Shown: one piece after another, positions 13,888 to 26,273 of the stretch
How positions within the stretch are numbered: position 1 is the first letter of the stretch
Layout of the letters: each line of letters starts with the position of its first letter
Assembly: GCA_030141605.1 (NCBI GenBank)
Contig: JAQGDQ010001120.1
Location: 1 to 61,365 of the forward strand
DNA: 61,365 nucleotides
Direction of reading: 5' to 3'
From: Tubiluchus corallicola
Taxonomy: Eukaryota; Animalia; Priapulida
Notes under the pieces: model-generated
The model's database searches: none
The model's input: only the letters and a program-made list of their open reading frames with translations
What the model was told of the DNA's origin: nothing
Translations under genes and position numbers: made by a program

Positions 13888-14311
13888 ATGCCCACACTGT
13901 ACTTCGACACTAGGCGGAGGAGCTGCACAAGCAGCCAACGGCTAGAGGGCAGAGGAGGTCAAGTGACCCAACGGCCATGTGTAAGAGTAAACCTTCGAAA
14001 TCAGGAGTGGAGCCCCGAAGGCGGACCAGTGCAGCATGCTCTCTGACTCCAGCAGCTCCTGCAGCCAACCTAGTGCCAAACATATCGCTCCGCTTTCCTT
14101 TGGACTACACCAAGGAGGAAGAGAGGGGGTTCCTGTTGTCTAGGCAACTCAGGATCTCCATACACCTTGCCCAGGCGTGCGCCCTGGAGACGTTCAAGGA
14201 TCGCACTGCTCAGCCACAGTCGAAGCTGCAGCTCCATCAATGTGATCAATAACTGACTCTCTTGGCGCACACATTCCATTGTCTTCCGAGACAGAAGGAG
14301 GCCAACAACAA
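13888..14311 (+). mobile_element. Short RTE-derived retroposon nested in an older dispersed repeat
   Basis: GC-rich island. Its 3' part encodes SRIALLSHSRSC* (RTE C-terminal SRIGLxSHxRxC-like), followed by a (CAA)n tail and flanked by CCTCTCTC duplications. The flanks join up to match 133-330. Confidence 0.55.
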
Positions 14312-14546
14312 CCTCTCTCATTCCCAGTACAGAATGCAACAGGTCAGCAGTATCGTCAACCGCTGAAAGAGTTACATAGCGATGAACGAATGACACTTTT
14401 GTCACCAATTAATTGTTTAGTGGCCTGTTTCACCGCGGGCAGTTTTCGTATAAAATCCATATTATGCTAAAAGTTGTTTTAAAGGGCATTGGACTTGCGT
14501 AAAAGGGCTTTGATTTAAAAAAAATGATCTTTTTTATTTCAGCAGG

Positions 14547-15097
14547 ATGCCAGGTACGGGAAGTAAGAGCCATTCTCGTCAACATTCCAGGAGTGCCAGT
14601 CCATTCCGTTCGAAGCGCGACAAGCCTCACAAAAAAGAACGCCGAGAGAAAGAGAAGTATAAGAAGGCGAAGAGAAAGAAACATAAGACGTCCAAACCCA
14701 GCAAGCCTCTTGTCGAGTACGACGATGTGAGTTCCAATTCTTCGTTCTACTCACACGAGAGTAAGTCGCCGTCGCCGACCGTCAGTCGAGTATCTTCAAA
14801 GAAACGTTCGCGTGCCGTGTCGCCCGCTACGGAAATACTGGCCTATAAGCAGAAGCAGCTGGAACGGGAACACAGTTCAAGGACGAGCTCTCCAGTTCGC
14901 AATGCAAAGCCGACCTCCATGAAACCCATGTATGACACTGCGCCAGTATCGTCGGCACAGAAGAAGGGGATAGAGCCGCCTAAAGCTTATCGAACAAATT
15001 CTCCTACCAGATACGTTCCTCCTCCAATGAAACGTAGATATTCTCCACCAGATGACGCATCTAGGTCCAAGTCTCGTAGAGATGGAAGCCCAGAAAG
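14547..15097 (+). CDS. CDK12: Cyclin-dependent kinase 12/13 co-ortholog, coding exon 1 (RS/K-rich N-terminus)
   Basis: KPLVEYDDVSS motif of CDK12/13; donor AG|GTATGC, phase 2. Full join 14547-15097,16600-17340,17869-18008,18105-18275,19437-19626,23413-23571,25470-25664,27485-27616,28204-30982 = 5058 nt, 1685 aa. Confidence 0.9.
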
Positions 15098-15280
15098 GTA
15101 TGCTCAAGTTGTTTTTAGGTTCATATCCGTATTACACGTATTTTTCAACAAGCTGAATGTTATAACTAGCAGTTAATTGATTTATGATGGCGCTTTTGAA
15201 TGAGTTATTCAGAGCCGGTTTTAAGCCAGTTAGACAGGTTTGTTCAAATTGAGCCCCGCACACGCACTCGAGCTGAGGAT

Positions 15281-15772
15281 CTTCTTCTTCTTCTTCTCAG
15301 CTTTTCCCTATGTGGGGTCGCCGTTGTGAATGAGTCTTCTCCACGCATTCCTGTTGTTGACCATCTCTTCATTTATGTCTTCAATTCCCACAAGATCTTC
15401 ACCGACTCTTCTTTTCAGGTGTCTGTACCATCGCAATCTTGCGAGGCTTCCACTACTTTTACTGTTCCTCTGATATTATTATTTCTAATTTTATCTCTTC
15501 TTGTTATTCCCACCATTCATCTCAACATCCTCATCTCCACCACACCCATTTTCTTCTATTCGGTCTTCTTTAGAATAGATTAGAGCGGGTCTGACCACTT
15601 CTTTGTGGACTTTCCCTTTAAGTCTCACCAACCGACTCATTCATAGAAGGTTTTGGCGCAGTTTTTACAGGCGGATGCCCTTCCTGACCCTAACCCTCCC
15701 TATTTATCCGGGCTTGGGGTCGGCACTGAGCTGGGCTGGCTTGCCCCCCCCCCCCCCCCCCGTGGCTAGGTT
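15281..15772 (-). mobile_element. Internally deleted RTE-clade retroposon
   Basis: Minus strand: EMRMLR*MVGITRRDKIRNNNIRGTVKV and NRNAWRRLIHNGDPT*; (GAA)n tail; 17-bp TSD GCACTC(G/A)AGCTGAGGAT at 15264-15280 and 15773-15789. Confidence 0.8.
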
Positions 15773-16599
15773 GCACTCAAGCTGAGGATGCTGTGATGAA
15801 TTAATAAGTGCCCAGTGTGCACGAAGTTTCTTGGTGCTGTGAAGAAGTGAAACCATTCAATTTGTCCTCGTATATTAATTTATTAATGTGTTATTTTGTT
15901 GATCTTTTATTTGATTTGTAATTTCTGTTTACCTGTTTTACAAAAAGGAAATTGGCGAACCACCTTGTTATTAGTTAGATTGTCATTGGGTTTTAATTTT
16001 ACCAATTTGTGGATGATATTCAAACCCGCAATGCAGATTAAAATGACCTACGGTCAACAATTTCTCAAGAGAGACTGGACAATTTGGTGATGCTATCTGC
16101 TGAAAACGACATTGCAAAAAACCATAGACTATTAAATGATTTTGAAAGATTTCTCGCATAAAAAAGCCAGAAAAGTCTGTTTCTGTTTTTAGAAGAAAGG
16201 CACATACACAAACAATTTGTCAATAATTATATTTATGTGTAATTAAATATTAAAACGTTCATATCGGCTTTCAATTTTTAGACTACAATTGAGGCTATTC
16301 GTGGAGCTGGCTTATTACGTGAAGCATAACATATCAGTCTGCAGCTTTTGTTGGATAAATGACCCTATTAACCATTTTTTAATTGGGCCCCCACACTTAT
16401 TACACTGGCCTTGGGTTATTTAAATCATTCATGCGGATGGCCTGCTAGTCCAGCAGGGATGGCCTGCTAGTCCAGCAGGTGGTCGCCTTATAAATTATCG
16501 TGTGGTCAGCTTATAAATTTAATTCTTTTATCATAATTTCTTATTTGCTCATATCTCCATGCAGTTAGGATTACTGTTTTACCAACGTTCTTGTTTCAG

Positions 16600-17340
16600 A
16601 TCGGTGAAGAAACGGCAATCTCGCAGTCGGCGGTCTAGGTCTCGTAGTCGACGATCTCGGTCCAGATCTAGTTCATATGATAAGTACAGAGAACGCCCTC
16701 TCACTCAGTACACAACAAGCTTGGCTGCCGAGCTTAGCAAACACAAAAAAGCTCGCGATAAATTGAAAAGAAAGCAAGAAAGAGAGCACAAAGCTAGCCG
16801 CTCCGCATCATTGAAATCCTCTGACTCTCGCTCATCTGAAAGCTACAAGTCGCATAAAAAGGAAACTAAACCTGTTGTAGCCCCTCCTATCCACATCCCG
16901 CCTAGAGTCAGTGAACTGACACCGAGTGTAGTCACTGTGCCGCCAGAATTGCAACAGCGACCACAACCACAGACCCAGTCCCAGCCAATGACGAGCATTC
17001 CTCCAGCTGTTGTGGCAATGTTAAGCGAGCAGGTTGCGCAGAGACGACAAGAGAACGTAGCAGTTGTTCCTGGTGTGGCTCCCCCTGGTGCAACCGAACC
17101 CGAATCGCATCATCCGCTCGCTTTACCTATGCCACCTGGTGTTAATCCCGTTGACGGGAGTGCCTTGGAAGAGGTGGAGTCTAGTCCATTTAGTACGACA
17201 GCGGCGGAGGCGCCTCCGAACGATTCACACCCCGGGAGAATGCGTTTACAAGACTTGCCGATGCCACCTGTGCAAAGTGATGCTGAGAGCATCAGTAGTG
17301 ATCATGAAGATGTTGAAGAAGCTCAGCAGTCTAAACTTGG
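16600..17340 (+). CDS. CDK12: CDK12/13 coding exon 2 (RS repeats, proline-rich region)
   Basis: ttcag acceptor; RSRSRRSRS, TSLAAELSKHKKAR and DLPMPP motifs; donor GG|GTATGT. Confidence 0.9.
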
Positions 17341-17868
17341 GTATGTATCACATGAACAGAAACATTGAACATGAACGATGTGAACAACATGAACATGAAC
17401 GACGCACATGATGTTCACATGATTCCTCAATTTTTTACTGTCTTCATGTCGTTATAAATTTTTCTTGTACCAATACCTCTGGTGGCATCCAAAAGATTCT
17501 AAGAAGTACGTATTATTACCATGTTATAGCTCATATACATTATGTTTGATATCGGTTTACGAGCTTTAAGCTCATGTTTTACAAATATGTACCGTTTATA
17601 TCATACCGATGAAAATAAATATTATCTTATCTTAATTTATCTTATTCAATGTTAATATTCTATTCAAGAAACAGCATACCTTCATAAGGCTCACTCGATT
17701 CACTTGTTTATTGAGCATTTATGTAATTTTTTCTGGACTAATTTGTTACGATTGCAGTTTTATAAAATCAAAATATTTTATTCAAGAAACAGTATTTCTT
17801 CATCCAGAACTCGATTGACTTGTTCTTCGAACACTTATAAAATCAAATTTGTATTTTGGTTTTTATAG

Positions 17869-18008
17869 GTATAAAGTAATTGGCAAGAGATGTGCTCGCG
17901 AGGATAAATACGCCTGGGGAACACGTTGTGTAGAACTATTTGATATAGTCAGTCAAGTTGGTGAAGGTACTTATGGGCAAGTGTACAAGGCCCGTGACAA
18001 GCAAACAG
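17869..18008 (+). CDS. CDK12: CDK12/13 coding exon 3 (Gly-rich loop)
   Basis: WGTRCVELFDIVSQVGEGTYGQVYKARDK; canonical splice sites. Confidence 0.96.
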
Positions 18009-18104
18009 GTAAAAATTTAGTCCCTTACTCATTAACAGATGGTTATGTGTAGTAGTAATCTATAGAAATCTTCATAATCATCACATGATTTTTATTTTGC
18101 TTAG

Positions 18105-18275
18105 GTGATATGGTTGCGCTGAAGAAAGTGAGGCTAGAAAATGAAAAGGAGGGCTTTCCTATCACAGCTGTCCGGGAGATAAAGATTCTGCGTCAGCTTT
18201 CTCATGCGAATATCGTGAATATGAAAGAGATTGTTACGGATAAGCAAGATGCTTTGGACTTCCGACATGACAAAG
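18105..18275 (+). CDS. CDK12: CDK12/13 coding exon 4 (PITAVRE helix)
   Basis: [29 protein letters not shown]. Confidence 0.97.
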
Positions 18276-18906
18276 GTATCGTTTATCAATGAATGAGATA
18301 AGTTGCCTTTTGCAGTTTTGTCTCCTTAATTCTCTTTGCAGAAATAAGCCTTTTTACAGTTTCGTTGCACATGCGTAGTTGCTGTAGGTTAAAGGTTAGA
18401 AGCAATGCATCTTAACAATAACCGTTACTTGACATGTGTGTAAAGCAAAGTTTTCTGCCCCGTCAGTTCAGTAACTTCAATTGTTTTACTTGGACGTTAC
18501 TCAATTATGCATTAGTCTGTATGTAGAGTAATTTACTAGCAGGATCTTACTTGGAAACAAGAAAAAATGAACTAGGTAAAGTTCTAGCTAGCTGTTTACT
18601 GTTAGTATTACAACAGCTTGGGCTGTGAGGCATTATCGTTTGTACAAAAATGTATTGCCTGGTACACTTAACCTTTGACCTTTTCACGATCATCATCAAT
18701 CGCTGAAACTGTGAGAAGGCTTATCGTGTGAAATTGTTTGAGGATTGCAACGTTAATTTCTCACTCATAAACTACAGTAGGCTAATAGTAATTGTGGAAA
18801 ACACACGGTCCCCTGAGCAATCTCTGTGCCTCCCCTTGGTAATGGTTTGGTCCGCGGCTTCAATCGGTTGGTTTTCATGGCTGGCAGCAAGCTTGAAGAT
18901 AAGAGT

Positions 18907-19211
18907 TAGGGGTGAGCATTCTGTACAAGAAAGCGAATTCGAATCGAACCAAACTTCAGTATTTCGAATTCAAATTGAGATTGAAAGATTTTCGAACAAG
19001 TTTTCAAACCACCAGTAAAAATTGGTCTTACAAAGATCGTGCATATTACCTGATTTTATTCATAACTGTATTGTGTTTCAATCAAATAATGAAGATCATT
19101 TTAATAAAGAACGTATGTGACTGAAGTGCTGAATTATTCGAATCTATACTTTTAAGTTCGAACTAAAGAAATTCGTTTGAATCGAATTCGAACGTTCGAT
19201 GCTCACCGCTA
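18907..19211. mobile_element. hAT-type MITE, second copy of the 382-777 family in opposite orientation
   Basis: Same TIRs and internal sequence, reverse-complemented; 8-bp TSD ATAAGAGT/ATAAGAAT. Confidence 0.88.
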
Positions 19212-19436
19212 ATAAGAATACCTGTTGACTGTTAAACTCTCGAGTTTTACCTGTTACTTCTGCTATACCTGTAACATGAAGTTTTAATAAATGTTAATAT
19301 TTTGTGGAACAAACGTGTTATTTTGAAGGGCAGATATTCACAGTAATTCAACTGTATATTGTGAGCGATTTTGCTGATTCCACAAGATTTAAGAATTTCA
19401 GCTCAAGACTTATTTGACGCTTAAGTCCATTTTCAG

Positions 19437-19626
19437 GTGCTTTCTACTTGGTATTTGAATACATGGATCATGATCTGATGGGTTTGCTTGAATCCGGACT
19501 GGTCCACTTCAACGAAAGTCAGATTGCTTCATTTATGAAACAGCTGTTAGATGGGTTAAACTATTGTCACAAGAAAAACTTTCTCCATCGAGATATTAAA
19601 TGCTCTAATATTCTAATGGATAACAA
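19437..19626 (+). CDS. CDK12: CDK12/13 coding exon 5 (catalytic loop)
   Basis: [20 protein letters not shown]...[16 protein letters not shown]; donor AA|GTACGT. Confidence 0.97.
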
Positions 19627-20964
19627 GTACGTATGGTTACATTCGGTTCAAGTACGCATAGTTATACTCGGTTCAAGTACGTATAGTTACACTCGGTTCA
19701 AATATGTATAGTTACACTCGGGGGCCCAGTAAATATATTTACACTCGGTCCAAGGACGTGTAGTTACACTCGGTTCTACTATACATAGTTACACTCAGTT
19801 CAAGTACGTATAATTACACTCGGTTCAAGTACACATAGTTACGCTCTGTTCAAGCACGTATAGTTACACTCGGTTCAAGTATGTATAGTTACACTGAGTT
19901 CCAATTACGTATATTTACACTCGGTTCAAGTACGTATAGTTACACTCGGTCCAAGTACGTATAGTTACACTCGGTTCAAGTACGTATAGTTACACTCGGT
20001 TCAAGTATGTATAGTTCAAGTGCGTATATTTACACTCAGTTCAAGTACGTATAGTTACGCTCGGTTCAAGTACACATTGTTACACTCGGTTCAAGTACGT
20101 ATATTTACATTCAGTCCAAGCACGTATAGTTACACTCGGTTCTACTATACATAGTTACACTAGGTTCAAGTACATATAATTACACTCGGTTCAAGTACAT
20201 ATAGTTACACTCGGTTCAAGTACGTATAGTTACACTCGGTTCAAGCACGTATAGTTACACTCGGTTCAAGTATGTATAGTTACACTGAGTTCCAATTACG
20301 TATATTTACACTCGGTTCAAGTACGTATAGTTACACTCGGTCCAAGTACGTATAGTTACACTCGGTTCAAGTACGTATAGTTACACTCGGTTCAAGTATG
20401 TATAGTTCAAGTGCGTATATTTACACTCAGTTCAAGTACGTATAGTTACGCTCGGTTCAAGTACACATTGTTACACTCGGTTCAAGTACGTATATTTACA
20501 TTCAGTCCAAGCACGTATAGTTACACTCGGTTCTACTATACATAGTTACACTAGGTTCAAGTACATATAATTACACTCGGTTCAAGTACATATAGTTACA
20601 CTCGGTTCAAGTACGTATAGTTACACTCGGTTCAAGTACGTATAGTTACACTCGGTTCAAGTATGTATAGTTACACTGAGTTCCAATTACGTATATTTAC
20701 ACTCGGTTCAAGTACGTATAGTTACACTCGGTCCAAATACGTATAGTTACACTCGGTTCAAGTACGTATAGTTACACTCGGTTCAAGTATGTATAGTTAC
20801 ACTGAGTTCAAGTACGTATATTTACACTCAGTTCAAGTACGTATAGTTACACTCGGTTCAAGTACACATTGTTATACTCAGTCCAAGCACGTATAGTTAC
20901 ACTCATTTCAAGTACACATAGTTACACTCAGTCAAGTACGCATAGTTACACTCATTTCAAGTAC
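19624..20964. repeat. 25-bp minisatellite, about 53 copies, starting at the CDK12/13 exon 5 donor
   Basis: Unit gtacgtatagttacactcggttcaa. Confidence 0.97.
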
Positions 20965-22024
20965 TATATTGTCTCTTTGTACTTTTTAAGCACTAAATAA
21001 TTTTTAAAATTCTCTAATGCAGTTTCTTTATTAAGAGCATGGACAATATTTCATAATAAAATAACTGTTTGCTTAAATATTTTTCGTAAGGCTGTTTTCA
21101 GTTTCAAAAATGTGATTTAATCAGATAATTGTTTGTGTGTTTTTAGTATAGTATTGTTAGTATAGTTTATTTATCCCAAGGACCAAGTACAATTTAACAA
21201 TATTTTACCAAAAAAAATACACAATATAAAAATAGCATGAGAATAATAGATAATAATAATAATAGAGAATAATAGATAAGATGTAGCCTAATAATTAATG
21301 CAGTGCAGACAATTATCAGCTCAGATCAGAAGGTGAACTTGTAAGGTCTGAGGCGAACAGGTAATATGGAGTAATTGGAGTGCAGGAGGTGCAAGATAAA
21401 GGGAAGGAAAGCTTGGAAGGTAATGAGTGGGAAGATGATGAAACAATGTGTAGGGATTAAATTCACATTTAAAGTTTACATAGCAGCCAACAGGGCAATG
21501 TGAAAAAGAGGCCGCAACCGGGCACACTCAATGGTGCCAAAATAAATTTACTTCTTTTTACTTCTGCAACTTCTTTTCCTTCGTCTTCTTCCTTGTTCTA
21601 GACCTTCACTTCACATTACATTAAATAATACGTTTGAAAACAATTACCAGGATTTGAAAACATTACCAAAAGTTTTGCTATTGCAGGTTCCCAGTTTCGA
21701 TTTCTATCACAAAAATCATGATTGGATTAAGCAAGTTTATTTATTGTGATTAGTGTAATTTCGCTAGCACTACTGCAACTGTGCCGACACATTATATATC
21801 AGTGTCTGTCCATACACAAAAATGTTTGAATATGTATATCGGTAATGTAATTTCTGCTTATCTTGGTCATGGAAAATCAGTATTTGGTCAGGGAAAAGTC
21901 AGGGAAATTCAGATGGTATATATTAGAGTTATGTGCTAATATTAAATCTTTTCAACTTGTAAAACAGTACGTTCATTTTTAATGTTGTCAGGCTGATGAT
22001 TCCAAATTAGAAGCGTGTAAAATT

Positions 22025-23308
22025 TAACAAAATGCTTAGCAACGCTAGTACGAACATAACAAAATGCCTAGCAACGCTAGTACGAACATAACAAAATGCT
22101 TAGCAACGCTGGTACAAACATAACAAAATGTTTAGCAATGCTGGTACGAACATAACAAAATGCTTAGCAATGCTGGTACGAACGTAACAAAATGCTTAGC
22201 AACGCTAGTACGAACATAACAAAATGCTTAGCAACGCTGGTACAAACATAACAAAATGTTTAGCAACGCTGGTACGAACATAACAAAATGTTTAGCAACG
22301 CTGGTACGAACATAACAAAATGCTTAGCAACGCTAGTACGAACATAACAAAATGCTTAGCAACGCTGGTACGAACATAACAAAATGTTTAGCAACGCTAG
22401 TACGAACATAACAAAATGCTTAGCAACGCTGGTACAAACATAACAAAATGTTTAGCAACGCTGGTACGAACATAACAAAATGCTTAGCAACGCTGGTACG
22501 AACATAACAAAATGCTTAGCAACGCTGGTACGAACATAACAAAATGCTTAGCAACGCTGGTACGAACATAACAAAATGCTTAGCAACGCTGGTACGAACA
22601 TAACAAAATGTTTAGCAACGCTGGTACAAACATAACAAAATGTTTAGCAACGCTGGTACGAACATAACAAAATGTTTAGCAACGCTGGTACGAACATAAC
22701 AAAATGCTTAGCAACACTAGTACGAACATAACAAAATGCTTAGCAACGCTGGTACGAACATAACAAAATGTTTAGCAACGCTAGTACGAACATAACAAAA
22801 TGCTTAGCAACGCTGGTACAAACATAACAAAATGTTTAGCAACGCTGGTACGAACATAACAAAATGTTTAGCAACGCTGGTACGAACATAACAAAATGCT
22901 TAGCAACGCTAGTTCGAACATAACAAAATGCTTAGCAACGCTGGTACAAACATAACAAAATGTTTAGCAACGCTAGTACGAACATAACAAAATGCTTAGC
23001 AATGCTGGTACGAACGTAACAAAATACTTAGCAATGCTAGTACAAACATAACAAAATGCTTAGCAATGCTGGTACAAACATAACAAAATGCTTAGCAACG
23101 CTGGTACGAACATAACAAAATGCTTAGCAACGCTGGTACGAACATAACAAAATGCTTAGCAACGCTGGTACAAACATAACAAAATGCTTAGCAACGCTGG
23201 TACAAACATAACAAAATGCTTAGCAACGCTAGTACAAACATAACAAAATACTTAGCAACGCTGGTACAAACATAACAAAATGCTTAGCAACGCGAGTACA
23301 AACATAAC
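22025..23308. repeat. 32-bp minisatellite, about 40 copies
   Basis: Unit taacaaaatgcttagcaacgctggtacgaaca. Confidence 0.97.
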
Positions 23309-23412
23309 CTAAATAAAAATGCTTATAACTTGTATTATTATGCTTCACATTCAGTTTTTTACTCTGTCAATAAGAGTTTTTAAAACCCATTCCTTGTTTT
23401 GTCTATTCACAG

Positions 23413-23571
23413 AGGTCGAATCAAGCTTGCAGATTTTGGCCTGGCAAGATTGTACGATGCAGAAGAAAGTCGTCCATACACAAATAAGGTGATAACTCTA
23501 TGGTACCGGCCACCAGAATTATTACTGGGAGAAGAACGTTACACCACGGCTATAGATGTGTGGAGTTGTGG
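23413..23571 (+). CDS. CDK12: CDK12/13 coding exon 6 (DFG, T-loop)
   Basis: Not in the ORF track. Manual translation [53 protein letters not shown], flanked by cacag and gtaag. Confidence 0.97.
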
Positions 23572-25151
23572 GTAAGATGTGGTTTATGTAAACTCTAGAT
23601 TTCCTCTTTGAATTTAACTTGCACGTGTGTGTCGATTGTTTAGTTTTAATTACGGTAAACTATGTACAACTGGAACACTTCGGGACCGGAAGATTTGTCT
23701 CAGTTGTGCAAAAGTCGAGTTTGATAATGTTCATAAGAAAACAAGATTGAGTCACTCATCAACATGGAACAATACACTAGTAACACTACAGCCTGTGAAA
23801 ATGACAAACTGTGAGAAACTGAGCCTTTAATCAAATATCAAACAACAATTTTTATGAATATCAAAAATAAAATGACTGGTCCACCTCTATTGTAGTCTGA
23901 GTAGCATAGTTAATAGAATTCAGCAGTAATAATATTGTGATCTACATTAAACCACGTTCGTTGTCATGTTGTGTGCAGCGTTCTGCTAAGGTAATACAAG
24001 AAATTTAGCATTTTTGCTGAAAGTAGCAGTTAAAATTGTAATGTGGTGCACCCTTTCATGTAGGACTTCTCACTTGGGAGGTTGTTCGAGATAGCCAGTC
24101 AGATTCCAGTGTGAATGCCAGTCAGATTCTTAAGAATTGTAATTTTATTCGAATTACACGGTAATGGTTATTAAAGGAAAAAGCGAAAGGGAACAGCTGT
24201 TCCATGACATCTGTTCTATATGCGCAGAATTTGAATTATACCACTTCGAGTTATGCACAGTTTACCGTAATTATATTTTTGAGGCGAGTGGAATAACCCT
24301 GTTGTTACTGTGCTAAGTGACCAAAGTTCTTCATTGTCGAACCCACTCACTGACTCACTGCCTGTGCAATGTACCCATTCTAGTACATGGCTAAGATCTC
24401 CGCTAATGTTGGATTTAGGCTTGTAGAGTGCTGAACTGTGTAGAGAAACTATAGGTGACGTACAGTTTGTGGAAATATGATTTAACGTTTGCTATACGTG
24501 TTTGCGGAAATCTTATAATCAAACCTAAATTAGCTGACAATTAACAATATCATTAATTAAGTTCTGACTTTGTGAATGCCAGAAGTTAACAAACCTACAG
24601 TTTATTTTCACAAGCTCATTGGTTTTCGACTTTTGGCATTTACAGTCGTAATTTAATTAATGATATTGTTAATCGGCAGCTAATTTGATGAGTTGATACC
24701 ATCAGTAGCTCTGCACCGTGGCACAAGCACAGGTGGCGCTGTTGTATTGTGTGCTTTAAAGTTGACAATTCTTGCCTGTTCTGTTTTGCCGAACCAGTAG
24801 ATGAGATAGAAGAGTATGAGAATTCTAATCCTAGGGCTTTGAGTTCAAGTCATGATTAGTTCACAATTTTTCAGCATTTTCTTCAGCTCATTAGCTGCAA
24901 GGGTTAATAATTGTTTTAAAATAAACTGCAACAGTTTATTAATTTCTTGTATGCATAGTTAAAATCTAATTAATGATAAACGTATATTATACGCGTGTAG
25001 TACAGGCTATGCTCCTGTCCTGGCTTAAACATTCAAACAGAAGAGCATGTTATCTGTTTTTGTCCACTTACGAATCACCTTCGTGAAGATAACACTGAAC
25101 TCAACTTCAATGATTTGCATGAATTTTTCAATGGAAACCCAATGTCATGTT

Positions 25152-25362
25152 GTGAATTTGTAAATAACTCTTTAGTGATTTTTGGACAGTAATGATCATG
25201 TTATGTGATCGTAAGTGTTTATCGTGAATTTGTAAATAACCCTTGAGCTGTTTTTGGACAGTAATGATCGTGTTATGTGATCAAAAGTGTTTATCGTGAA
25301 TTTGTAAATAATTCTTCAGTTATTTTTTGACAGTAATGATCATGTTATATGATCAAAAGTCC
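25152..25362. repeat. 72-bp diverged tandem repeat, 3 copies
   Basis: gtgaatttgtaaataa...ttttggacagtaatgatc...tgatc repeated at a 72-bp period. Confidence 0.85.
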
Positions 25363-25469
25363 TTTTTGTAGTGATCTATGGACTAAACCAAAATATCATG
25401 TTCGACTATCTCTTAATCAGTCAGTAAACATATATATATATAGTTGCAATCATTTCTCATTTATTTTAG

Positions 25470-25664
25470 ATGTATTCTTGGTGAACTGTTCACCAAGAAG
25501 CCAATATTTCAAGCAAACCAGGAGCTGGCTCAGCTTGAATTAATCAGTAGGATATGTGGTTCGCCTACAGCAGCCGCGTGGCCGGATGTCGTCAAGTTAC
25601 CGCTTTTCCACACTATGAAACCAAAAAAGATTTATCGCAGAAGAGTTAGAGAAGAATTTTCTGT
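25470..25664 (+). CDS. CDK12: CDK12/13 coding exon 7
   Basis: [32 protein letters not shown]...REEFS; donor GT|GTAAGT. Confidence 0.96.
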
Positions 25665-26273
25665 GTAAGTCATACTTTTTATTGGTACTTCAAATTTGAT
25701 TATTGTTATCATATATGAGTTTCACGGGTTTCCTTTTCTTTGACCAGTTTGTAGTTAATAATGGGAAAGAAAAGGGATTTTTAAACTTTCTCAAAAGATA
25801 TCTCAAGGGATAAAGCGATCTCAAGAGAACTTTCCATACAATGTTATATTACTTGTGCTTACCTGTTTGAAAGACTTATGTAATTAGAATAAAAAACTGT
25901 TAATAATTTAAAATATTTGTGGCACCAGGTAAAACGGCTTCGACATCCCATGGTGCATTTCTGATTCACCGAAAATTACTGATCGTATTGACAATTTTAT
26001 ACTTTTGGTTTGTTAGCGAAAAGTGTACTACGAATGCTGTGATTGTTTTTTCAACCTTTACGTAATCTTTTCTAAATTTGTTTTAAACAACTTACCATTA
26101 AAATGGTCACTCCTAACAATCATCACGGGAGTTTAAATTTGCAAGTCTTATACGGTGTTACTGCTAACACAATCCCTGTATGCAATAAGGCAGCATGTAA
26201 GCAATAAAAAATTTCAAGACGAATTTTTCAAGTTTCATTTGCGAAGAGTGTTTTCTTGGTTGTTAAGTGAGAG

